Of a DNA stretch of 64,000 nucleotides, positions 22,168 through 33,883 are shown piece after piece. A program made the position numbers and the translations under genes. The stretch spans positions 124,001 to 188,000 of the forward strand of contig NW_021832380.1 of the NCBI RefSeq assembly GCF_006345805.1, read 5' to 3'. Numbering within the stretch: the first letter of the stretch is position 1; every line of letters begins with the position of its first letter. This stretch comes from Octopus sinensis. Taxonomy: Eukaryota. The notes beneath the pieces are model-generated. The model searched no databases. It worked only from the letters and a program-made list of their open reading frames with translations, and was not told the origin of the DNA.

Positions 22168-23136
22168 ACCTGGTGGCCAACGTTTTTCACCGGCGAGCTA
22201 CTTTTCATATTGCGATTTTTTGGCGATCGACTTATAATTGGTGGTACTGTTGCATTTCATCCTGCACGAAAAAGCCTTTAAATGAATTAATGAAAATTTT
22301 TATGAATATTAGATCGAAAATTTAAAAAATTGAACTATGCCGATTTTGTAAATTTTATTTTTTAAAAAATTTGAATTTTTACCGGCTTAGTGGTGTCAAA
22401 ACAATACTGACAGAATTAAATCTGAGCTATTAACGACCACCTGTCTAAAAACACAGTTGTCGGTTATAAAGATGCTTATCATCATTCCTCAGTGAAAAAA
22501 TCTTTATTACAACAAAAACGGTCAGTGTTTGTAAGAGCGTGATATCGCGGACAAAATTTGACAATGGCATCTATTAGCTCATCGAAGGAGTTGTCTAATT
22601 GGCTACTTGAACTATATGTTCGACACCCACTTTTATGGCACAACCATGTTGTATCTCCTGCTGTTGGAGAAGGGTCATAAAATGTCTGTTTTGACATTTT
22701 TTTTCTTTAAGAAAGATTCCATCCTTTTGAAGGAAGGCAACTGACTCCATTTCAGTACGGGAAGTTCATAGTCCTTCAGTTTGCAAATTTTCGCATGACA
22801 ACTGTATCATTCATCTCCACAAGACGGTAAAAATTCAAATTTTTTAAAAATAAATTTACAAAAAGCGCATAGTTCATTTTTTTTAAATTTTCGATCTATA
22901 TTCATAAAATTTTCATTAATTTATTTAAGGAGCTATTTTCGTGCAGAATCACAAATTTTTATTTTATAATTACAAGTTAATGGGATTTTTGGCAAGATTT
23001 TCAGAAAATACTTTCAGTACTTCTGACAAGACTGTTTTGGAGAGTGGCAGGTTTAATATTTTTTATAATAATTCAAATACAAAAATATAATTAGCAATTT
23101 ATATATCGAAGGCGATCGACTGGTTAGCCACCCATG
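22168..23136. mobile_element. Non-autonomous hAT element
   Basis: Left CCTGGTGGCCAAC and right GTTAGCCACCCATG termini, each near a GCGATCGAC subterminal motif. Confidence 0.55.
22259..22949. mobile_element. ~690-bp element with ~125-bp imperfect inverted repeats, possibly Merlin/ISXO2-derived, nested in the hAT element
   Basis: 22259-22384 is the reverse complement of 22824-22949; interior minus-strand fragments VEMNDTVVMRK and SFDELIDAIVKFCP loosely resemble Merlin transposase. Confidence 0.6.
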
Positions 23137-23452
23137 CCTTAGGGATTATTGCCTTTGGCCAGCCAGTGACTAGAGGTGTGACATTCACCAATCCTCCGTA
23201 GCACTTTTTGCATAGGATGGAATGAAGACATTTGATAAAATCTGGTCCAGTAGATACTTGTTCTGGGCACCGACCTCCAGTTTTTTATTAATTAAAACTG
23301 ATTCTTCAAGTAGATATTTTTTCTTCAAGTATGCAACAATAATGACCAGATAAATTTTTTTCAGCTTTCGGGCTGAAGAATCGAAAAGCTCTTTTTACAG
23401 ACAATATCCTTCGGTTTTTAAAAGTCCCCTTTTCCCGTCAAGTTACGTCAAG

Positions 23453-23909
23453 TTGTGCCCTGACGGCTGTCCACCTTCCCCTACGAGCAGGGGAAATCCC
23501 TTATTTGGGATTCTACCTGCTCGGACACGTTCTCGCTGGGAATCTCGCGCTGTCCGCCGCCAATCCGGGCACGCTTCCAGGCGGGGGAGGAGCGAAAGAT
23601 TCTCAAGTACGGCCACCTGTCCAACTCGCTGCTCTTATACTCCAATCCTTGGAGTCCTCGGGATCTTCGGTCCCAAACACTCCGCTTCCTTCGCTCGCTC
23701 GGTCGACGGATTTCAAGGACTAGTCACGATCCAAGAGAGTTTTCTTGGCTCCTGGAACGTCTGTCGATTGCTGTGATCCGAGGGAACGTCTTCGCCATTC
23801 GCGCGGCTGGTCGGGTGTCTCGTGAGGCCTTTTACTACTTAGCTATCGGTAATTTTGTCTTGTTTGTATAAATTATAATTTGCTAAAAAAAAAAAAAAAA
23901 AAAAAAAAG
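23453..23909 (+). mobile_element. 5'-truncated CRE-clade element 3' end with poly(A)
   Basis: Near-identical to 6945-7330; long A-run ending about 23908; AAGTTACG on both flanks as candidate TSD. Confidence 0.85.
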
Positions 23910-24658
23910 TTACGAAAATAATATTCCTTTTTTCAGCGTTAATTTTTTATAGCATTCAATATTTGCTTCGCCGTAATTAATTTTTTCAATTATATGTTTA
24001 AATTTTTTATCATGCTTAATTAGATTGTTAGTTTATGAGAAAGACAATAGTCCACAAAGTATCTTCCTTTGTTGTGTTTGAGAGTCATGTTCCAATTATA
24101 TAATCATTCGTTAAATATTTACATGTTCATCCAAGCCTTGAAGAATTATGGCATTGTAAATACTCATCAACGTTCAGTTTTTGAAACATCTTGGTTTATC
24201 AATGGTGTTCTTTTTTAACATCCAGTCATTATACAATCTAAACAATAGCCATAAAATTTTAAACCTATCTAGGTAATGATTTCATAATCAATTAATGAAT
24301 AACCAAGTTTAGAAAAACGACTAGCATCATTAATTGCACCTATCAAAATTGATTTTTTAATGTGACGAGAAAATTTCTGAAACACGCCTCAAGCTTAGAT
24401 TAGTCAATAAGATAATTTATAATTTCTTTTCTGATTATAGGATATAAAGACTTCTCATGCTACACCAAAAAATTATTTTTTGTAACAAAAATTTTAACTT
24501 TTAAAGAAATTTCCTTCTTAAAAAACATTTTGTACGAAATGACGACTTATAGAAAAAGGAGCAACCAAAAGCAAACTGTATTTGAGTTGAACAATCCAAA
24601 TAAACTCATTTATTTTACAGACACCCTGCATTTCTTAGAAAACTTGGACATGCCCTAA

Positions 24659-25520
24659 CTACAACTCAATCATAGACAACCAAAGCATGGAGATTGCTAA
24701 ATACGAACGGACTAATCCGACAATACCAAATCTGAGTGTGTGTCTAAGAGAAAGAAAATCCTCATATAGTTTTTTGGAAGCTTCAGAAGGGGGAGGTTGA
24801 GCAGAATCTTGATACTCTGCATCGTGGCAGCCATGGAGGTAGCACTGCACTCCTCTCGGATACAAAACTAAAAGTAATAGTCAATCCACAACTGCGGAAA
24901 TCAGTGTTGCCCAGTTCGACAAACGTGGATTCATGAGCTCGTAGTCTGGCCACAGCACTAAAAATAGAGCGAATGTCCTCCGTGGATTTGATTCGCTGAT
25001 TTCGCTCGTCGGTGAACTCCCCAGCCACACTCGGAGTCCTCAAATAAGTGTGGGGATCGGGAAATGGTCTAACATGGTCTGGGAGGTGGGAAGGCAGAGG
25101 CTGCTTGTCCCCAATATCAGTCAATAGAGGTCTCTCCGGAGTGACCGAAATCACATTTGGAGGAATGCCGTTAGCAGCTGTGGCCCATTCCCCATAAGAG
25201 ATGAGGTCTTCGATGTTCCCTCCCAGTTCTGTGTAGGCCAGTTGGACGTCTCGAGGCACTAGGAGAGTTCGACTGGAGTGTTCGCAAAGGTCATGTGCAT
25301 CCTTGGTGAGCTCACACATATCCTTAGTGATAGAAATAGAATTACAGACAATCAGCAGTTCGACAAGAGCAGAAAGAGCAGCTTCCTCTATCACCTCATA
25401 ACCGGACTGCATGGCGATAAACATCACTGCTGACCGAATTGTCTTCTTACAGGCCCCAAGACTACCACCGTAGATATACTAAGAGTACAACAATACAACT
25501 GCAACCAAATCAGGGTCCAT
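24659..25520 (-). CDS. TAF8: TFIID subunit 8
   Basis: Histone fold GYEVIEEAALSALVELL...CEHSSRT...DVQLAY and TAF8-C motif HLPDHVRPFPDPHTYLRTP; start MDPDL followed by a 27-nt intron. 3' end approximate. Confidence 0.88.
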
Positions 25521-25612
25521 CACTATTTTAAATATTTTATTCCAAAAATAATCTACGTAACTAAACAATAAATAAAGAGAAAATAAATCAACAAAATCAA
25601 ACAAAAACAGGC

Positions 25613-28600
25613 TTAGATAGCCACTGCTCGAGTACGTCGTGAGAGAGATATTGAGTAGCATGCAGCACCTACACTAAGAAGGAGGACATACCCTGTACAC
25701 ACTCACATGCATCATCTCGGGAGAATGTTCACTGCACATCACAGCAGAACAGGTCTACAGTAACTCTGAGAGTGGAACCAGAAGAATTAGTTTCACCATG
25801 TCCTCCACTCGTGTGAACACTCCCGACTCCTCCGTGGCCAGAAGAGGAAAGAAGGCTGTGATGAACGCGGAAATTGAGGCCACGTTATTGGAAAACCCTT
25901 CTTTAGACATAAAAATGCCACCATCGTATTCCTCGTAGTATTTCAGGTTATTATAAACCGACGGACGAGTGAGGCAGACCGCAATGAGAATAGCCAGCGA
26001 ATGGAAGGCATTTTCTGTCAATATGAACACAATAGACACCCGGACTGTCATCCAAGCACTCCCCCAACTCATTAAAACCAGCACATGAGTTGTTAAGAAG
26101 CATGGAACGGTACTGGAGAAGGACACTTCCAACCACCAGCCGGTTGAAAAAGACATCCAATTCACGACGGGCACTCCCTTAGACTGACCATATTCATTAC
26201 TCTGAAATGTCTTGACTGACTCACTAAGGAGACCGACATCCCCCAAATTGGCATGGACGGTCTTGATTTGTGAGTGCAGTTGGGATGAGATATTCTTGGA
26301 GTCACAAAACACATACTACCATCAACTCTCTGAACTGATCCACCACATGAGCATACACTTTCTGGGCAATCAGGACAATCCCTTGTTCACCAATGAGAGA
26401 TGACAAAGCCACAAGTTCTATGACTACTGCTATGGACAGACAACCAGTGGGTGACGTATACTCCTCCAAATCAAATAGAGTATCCCCATCCAGAGGGCAT
26501 ATCCCCACAAAACAGTCGTGGGCAAATGAGTAGAGCACTTCACGACGAGCAATAGCTTGGAGGATGACCTCACAATACACTCGGTGCATTCCTTCCACCA
26601 CACTCTCCTCACTCACTGTCTCCATCGACAGTTCTCGTATAATTCTGACTCGTCTGAGGGCACGGGAGGGCATCAAACCAGCACACTCTCCCACCAGTCT
26701 GGAATAATTGTTTCACTTACTTAAGGAATAGTGCCTTGACTGCACTGAGCAGTACTGGTCTGTGCTGTGCCCCAACAACCCGTAGGAGAGAGGACAGAGG
26801 AGTTGGACTCCACTCGGAGTACTCCACTCCACGTTTAGTCACCAGTCGGGCAGCCATGACAAGTGGACAGTCAATCTGGCATAACAGTGGGACATACTTG
26901 TTCGATCATCCTTAGTCTGACCAGGAAGGACTGCTCAATGTGTCTCACCACAGCACAACTCACTGCCTCCACCAATTTGAGAGACATGTTCTCTGACAGT
27001 GCCAAAAGGGAGGAGTGCTGTCATTACTAGCAAGGATACCTCCTCGGGACACAGTCGATGGAGACACCCCCCAACACTTTCCAATACTCGCATATACCCC
27101 AATAAGAAGGGGGTTCTGTCAGGATCACTAATGCAAACATGCATGTGTTGTTCAAGCAAACGGGGAGGAAAACTGGGAATAACCAGGTGGAGTACAAATA
27201 TGAGGAAAGATCACACTTGTTTGACAACCAATGCTCGTATCCGTGCAGAAGGGGGAGTATAAATAACAATTCTGAAAGATCAGGGGATACAGACAGTCCT
27301 CGTTGACTGTAAATGGTCTGCACAACTCGCAGATGGTCGACTGGGCTAGAAATGGCTTGTCTCAATAATATCATCACATCGTCGGACTCCTGGAATAAAC
27401 ACACGACACAACCTCCAATCGAGAGAGAATGTGATGGCACCGTGATTTGATGTAGTCTAACGCAACAGACTTGCCAATCAAACACATATTATGTAGGCGT
27501 CCCAATATATATACTAGTCCCCCCACTGACCTGCAGGTTACTGTATTTGTGTGCCTGTCATTGAGGTCGCCTTCCAATTTGACACGTTTGGAGTGCACGA
27601 GGACAGTGGCTGACAAGACTGCTTTTATCTCGTCGACAGAATGCTCCATCAATTTGGAAATGAGACACAACTTTAGTAAGACAAGACGACTACTCTTTCT
27701 GGAATAAACCCTCTCCCCATTTCTGAACACAATTCTTCCATCAATCCCAACAGAAACAGTCGTTTCTCTTTCCTGTCGGCCAGACTAGCCATATTAGTAC
27801 ACATTTAACAAATGACTGATAGAATTCTGCCTCAATTCCATTTTAGAACCAAGTTGACTATAAAATGACCAATCAACCTCCAACAGTTTTATAGCCGCAA
27901 AACAGCGAGAAAAGAGATCATGGACATTTCTGACCTCGTCCCGGATAAGACAAACCAGCGGGAATGTACGTATAGTTTCGAGGAAATAAGAAGACAGACT
28001 GTCCTTGACCACTTCCCCAGTCACAGCCAACGAAGTAACTAAAGTAGAGACAAATAATAGACGGAGTGTCAATCTGGCCAGTCGAAAGGGAGGGATGTCT
28101 GCCAACTGAGTATTGAGAGTGAAGAGTGAGTGGAGACATGTCCCCACGACCTGAGGATTAGACAGCCACCAACCCCTGCAAATGTCCCCACCTCTTTCCT
28201 TAGTTTGCTGAAGGGTGCCCCACACTCTACAAGAAAGTGACCCAATCGAGTGAATTCCCTATAATTGGCAAGTCTGAGGCAACTCTAGTCGTACTCCATG
28301 GACAGAGGAATGGCAGTAGAAATAGAGGGTGATCAGTGACTGGAGGTTGGGCATGTCCCCAATCAGAAGGAGAGACGAGACCAGATCAGCCACCAACTGG
28401 ACGAGTGAGCATCCTGGGTAAGGATTGGTCGACTAGGTCAATCAGGAGGGAGTACAATGTCCAAACGGAGATTTAGTCCATTTAGTAAATTGGCGAATGG
28501 TCGGAGGTTGTCCTAAAAGTAACCAAACAGGCGAGACGAGGAGATTGAGGAGGTCGAGAAGTGTAGAGTAGAGGGGACCCATATCTTTAATAATGTCACC

Positions 28601-28866
28601 ACGAAGGGGCCCCACGGATAAAGCATAGTTCTGATTGGTAGGAAAATTTTTACAGATTTTAGGTTGAGAGAATTGTGCTTCTTGGAAATTGACTTTAAGG
28701 CAGACTCGACATTTTTGTCTCCCAGCCATGAATGGGACGAGGAGTCGGACAACATCTAACACTGTCAGTGTGAATGTACCTTTTTATAGTTGTATATTCT
28801 GACCAACAATCCTCCACATTTGTCGACCAGTAAGTCAAGATGCTCGACAAATAAAGTGCAATCCAT
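25613..28866 (-). CDS. NCKAP1: Nck-associated protein 1 (Nap1/Hem, WAVE complex), many micro-introns
   Basis: HLDLLVDKCGGLLVRIYNYKK, ICKNFP, MGPLYSTLLDLL, YREFTRLGHFLVE and CLIRDEV match NCKAP1 LNDRGVGMLTRLYNIKK, REYPRLGQMIVD and LFRDEV. End approximate. Confidence 0.8.
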
Positions 28867-29217
28867 AAAAACCCACAAAGACAAAAAAATCAAATCATAT
28901 TTAAAATAATTACAATGATATATCCAAATACAATATAGTAAAACGGACTCCTCTAACTTTAATAACTTTTTTATAGTTGTAGATGTTTATCTAACTGGCC
29001 CTTTGGCTGAAGCTTTGGAGATCACAGGAGATTATAATTAACTGGCATACCTTGGTCCTTTGGTAATTAAAATGTCTTAAAATGTCACATTTATTCCTCA
29101 AGTCACTAAATTTATAAAGAAAATGGCACATTTAGCATATCTAGAAAACAAAAAGATACGTCTATAAAAAACTGACTACAGTAAAGTCCCTCAAATCCGC
29201 CAATTTCGGGGATTTAG

Positions 29218-29725
29218 TTTATTAAGGAATATATTAAATCTGAATTAATTTTGTCTGAATATATACCAAAGTGTCCCACATTGACAAGCTTTATTCAAAC
29301 TTTTCATTTTAGATATTTTAGTTATCGAAAGAATACCTTTGTGTCTTGGTTCTCTCAGTTCAAGCAATGCATTTGAATATTAAGGAACTATCAATCTTGT
29401 TCCATGTATAATGTGTGAATAATTTGGCATCTTTTAAGTTTAACAAGTCGTATAGTTATAAATTTTACTAAACTTTAAATATTCTTTACAAGAAATGTTA
29501 GATCTTAAGCAATTCAACACATTTCGTCTCTTATTTCTCAGATCATCAGTAGATTTTGTATCAATGAATGTATTTTATTAAGGAATATATTAAATCTAAA
29601 TTAATTTTGTCTGAATATATACCACAATGTCCCACTTTGCCAAGCATTATTCAATCTATTCATTTTAAATATTTCAGTTATCGAAAGAATACCCTTGTGC
29701 CTTGGTTCACTCAGTTAAAGCAATG
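29218..29725 (+). repeat. Direct repeat of ~150 bp, period 356 bp
   Basis: TTATTAAGGAATATATTAAATCT...GTTATCGAAAGAATACC...AAGCAATG at about 29218-29369 and 29574-29725. Confidence 0.85.
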
Positions 29726-30122
29726 TAAACATTTCATTTGGAAATGAAAAACTGTTCATTCTTTAATAAAATGAATTATTTCAGACTATTGACATCACAT
29801 GGAAATTGATGATTTATAAAAATAACAAATCTTTTAAAAATAAACTCATCCTCGACTTTCTCTTCACATTGAACATGTCATTGGAGACTGCTTAAGACCT
29901 AGGACCTAGGATTTTATCGTCGTTGCCCAATCATCCAACAGGGGCGTAATTAAAAAAATCCAACATAAAGACAGAAATAGATCAAACTGAACAAATAGCT
30001 CTCAATTATAAAAAAAACAAACTTCTTTTACATACTTTCATCTACCAGCACAAATAACGCCTCAATGCAGTGTTCGAAAGGAGGAAAAAGACAATTAAAT
30101 TAATTCTGAATTAATTTTATAA

Positions 30123-31231
30123 TCAAAGATGTCCGTATAGATCGGCCATATAGAGAGTCAAACTCAAATCAGGATCCATCCTAATAGCCTGTGGGTAGAA
30201 CAAAATGCATACTTTTGAATAATAAACATTGCTTAGAAACCCATCTCCCGCTTTGTGGTAGTGTCGAGCTACCAGAAATGAAGCATAGCAGACTCCTCTT
30301 TTCACGAGAAAAGAAGAGCATTGGGTGTCCTGTGCAATCCTGTCGACCTGATCTTCTAGATTTGCGACTCTAAGACATTTGAAAATTGTTCTCACCTCTG
30401 AGCCAGATCAAATGCCTGACGGAAAAAGCCACATTTTTGATAACAAGTCACCAACAGTCCTTTAGCTAATATATTTTCTCGGCGTGCTGCGTCCCTCAGA
30501 TATTTAATGGCACTGTCCAAGTTGGGAGTAGTCCCAAAGCCAAACAAGTACATAGATCCGACAATTCCTGTACATGCACAAAGCATCAACCCTGTGACTC
30601 GACGCTCCCGTTGCGGCAGGCATCCGAATGATACACGAATGCCTTTTCCAAGTCCATCAAATCGCTTTTTAAATCCGAATAAATAAATCCCAGGGCCGTT
30701 TGAGCCTTTGCAAGACCGCTTTCTGCAGCCAGTTTAAAAAACCCTTGTGAAAACTCCTCTTTACTTGATAGCTTCAACGTAGTCTGCTTCCACGCCGACT
30801 CCGTGGAGATACGCCTGGCCAATGTTGTACTGTGCAGCCCTCACAACGGCACTTTTGTCTGAGGATTCTTCCGCACATGCGACTTGCTTCATCAGTCTCA
30901 TCCCCGTCTTCTGTTAATAGTCGATTACAATTTACATGATCAGACTGACCCAAGACTCCGTCAAAGTGTAGTACTGCAAGCTGATATTTTGCCTGGATGT
31001 CATGTTTGCTGCCGTTCTCTAACATTCTGAAGGCTTCTTCAATGTCGCCCTGATTTTCCTTCAGAACAAGCATACGTTCTCCAGGTATAGCTGTCCCAAG
31101 TCAAAGAAGCACTCGTAGTCCCCAGATTTTATTAGCGAGAGCAAAATTGTTTCCTTTTTGTTTGACATTAGTTTTTTGTTGACATTTCTAGAAATAGTAT
31201 CCAGCAGAAACAAGTTCTGAACAGTCTCCAT
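30123..31231 (-). CDS. LRP2BP: LRP2-binding protein (Sel1/TPR repeats)
   Basis: AFVYHSDACRNGSVES(Q)GIVGSMYLFGFG...AARRENILAKGLL...YYSKAIRMDP matches the LRP2BP pattern HSEACGNGNLESQG...YYSKACRL. Confidence 0.8.
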
Positions 31232-32145
31232 CAAAGTGTGTCGTGACTATAGATACACTTATTCTAATTACAATGAATATAAAATTTAATTGGGTTAATA
31301 ATAATGAATTTATGTATCCTTGTCAAATTGAATTTCCCAGATAGAAAGACCACAAGTGCAGTGTTATAGGTACAGTATAACTCCGTTACAGTCTTTTTCA
31401 ATATAGTCATTTGGGGATGGTTTCAGATAGCTAGATCTCTTCACTCTGTGATTTCTATTATTCAGGCGAAAGCAACTTCATTCATAAAATCCTTTGGCTT
31501 TAATGATTTCAAAGCATTTCTCAATAAATAGAATCTTACTTAATGTCCTTTTGATAAGATAATTTTCATATATCCCAAAACCTCGATAAACCGTGCTTTT
31601 CGAAAAACCGGACAATTTTCATGGTGTCGTCAGGGTCAGGTACCACTTTATACTGCCACTTTAACAGTCAATTTTACCACTTTTTAATAAAAACCAATAA
31701 TGAAAAATGTAGAAAAAATTCGAAAAATTCAAAAAATTATAACAAAAATTACAAGAATGATTTAAAACATTCCTTGATACTAATTAAAAAATGATTCAAA
31801 AACAGTTTGTCTCATGTAAAGAGTTGGAGATTATCACAAACAAAATTATTATTTTAGCAATTCTAAAAAATATCATTTTTGGACATTTCAGAAAGCCATC
31901 TCGAGCCTTAAAATTCATAATCTGAATTTTATGACCAATTTTATTACAAACGCCCTTGTCCTAATCGCTTCTCCAGAGATATTCTCTTCAAAGATAATTG
32001 GCTGCTTAATTATGCATGCAAGAGGAAGGGAATTATAGATGCAAAATTAATTAAAAACCAGGAAAAATGTAACAATTCTCCGAAATTTAACGCTGAATTT
32101 AATTATATCCTACCAATATAAATAGTCGTAAAAAAGGTTAGAACA

Positions 32146-33290
32146 ATGATCGCGATCTTCTTATTTTTCTCTGCTCACATTTCAGGTATTGATAAGTAGC
32201 TGATCCTTTCTTAGCAATGTGCTTCCAAAGGCGTTTGACTGTATTTAACTGTGTTTCATTTTTAGATGGACATCATCCCTGACATAGTCATGCATATGGA
32301 CACCATTTCAGCTGATGCCGATTTTCAAGTAGAATTTATATTGTAAAGCCAGGCCGCAATAACTGATATTCATGCTGAAACAAGTTTTACCCAAATACAC
32401 ATTGTTGCTGTATATTAATTTGTTTACTTTTAGATTGCAAATGCTGTTCAAGAACAACTTGTAAAAAATTTGCTATTCTTAAATCGTAGGGAACCTCAAC
32501 GTCTAAATCCTTCAGTGATAATCTGAATAATTATTTAAATCAACATCCAAGTTTGAATCTTCCTCAAATTGTATGAATCTATGTTGTCATATATATATCT
32601 TACGAACATGAAAACGAATTTAGTGTCTACTGTTGCCAATGAAGAGTTAGCGGTTCCAAAATTAAAATTAAATAATAGAAAGAATATTTGAAACGCTACA
32701 CATATATGTTACTTAAGATTAGAGGAGAACCCATGGAAAAGAAAATAATTGCCGTATTTTTATTTGCATCAGTTAAAGATGATTCTTATTCCGAGTTTAC
32801 TGACATTAAAAATGTCGATTAGTATATATTATAATTTAATATTATTAGGTGACACTCAGGCATATCAAACTCTTCAAGTTTTTTTATTAAATAATTTCAG
32901 ACACATGTGATGGCAATAAATTCATCTGTCGAAATTAATATTGAATCCAATAATTATATGGTGCTCGAGTTATATATATTTTAGAATCAACTATACCATC
33001 ATTTCAATACAACGTTAAATTCTCTTACTAATCAGCCGGAAGCGGTGAAATATTTTAATTCTATAGATTAGACTAATATTTCACCGATTATGCCGCCTTA
33101 TTCTCAACTAATAAGTAATTATTCTATTAAATAATGCTCTATTAGTGGACCTCAACGATAAAGTAAAAGAACATGCCGTGGAATTCTTAGTAACGAATGT
33201 AAATTTTAGTTTTAGAAAATGAAACAAAAAATGTTATCAAAATCGGGGACTAGTACGGAAGATTTTGCGGTATTCGAGAGTTTATAATAT
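32146..33290 (+). CDS. Unknown secreted protein encoded by micro-exons
   Basis: Signal-peptide-like MIAIFLFFSAHISAMC; GT-AG introns 32186-32214, 32241-32265, 32329-32352, 32410-32433 and 32461-32489 keep an open frame; TATAAATA at 32117. The 3' half is uncertain. Confidence 0.65.
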
Positions 33291-33883
33291 AGAATTGTAT
33301 TTATGATATATTTTTGACCTTTCTCCAATCAGTGGCCACAGAAATTCGTAAGTTAAATGGCGCAAGTTTAATTTTTAGCAATTCCAAAGCCAAAAATGCA
33401 TGACTCTCATGGAAATCTCGTGATGGGTGACGGACCATATTCTATTTATAGGAGGGAATGGGCTATTGGCCGGATTCATCCCATTTGTCGCCTTAGTGGC
33501 TTACTTGGTTTAACCTGATCTAATTACTAACAAAACTAACAGTCTGGTTCGGTTTCTGGTGTCGTTTCTTTTTAAACTAATATTTCTTCTTTTTAAACTA
33601 TAGAAAGGGTCCCTCTACAGTGTACCTCCTTTTTTTTAAAGATGACCATCTCATATTCGTCATATACAAACTACCCCCTCCTAATCCACCCAGACTTGCT
33701 ACTTTGCTAGATTCGGCTAAACTACAAAATGGCCTCAGGAACAGTCAAAAGAGTGCAAAAAAGTGATTTATAAAGGCAAGAGTTCCAACTCAGCAAATCT
33801 GTTGACTCTAAGAACCGGAAGGGAATCACGTGGGTAGTAGCTAATGAATTCCCCTGTGCCTTCCGTCCGTATTTTGTGGAACC

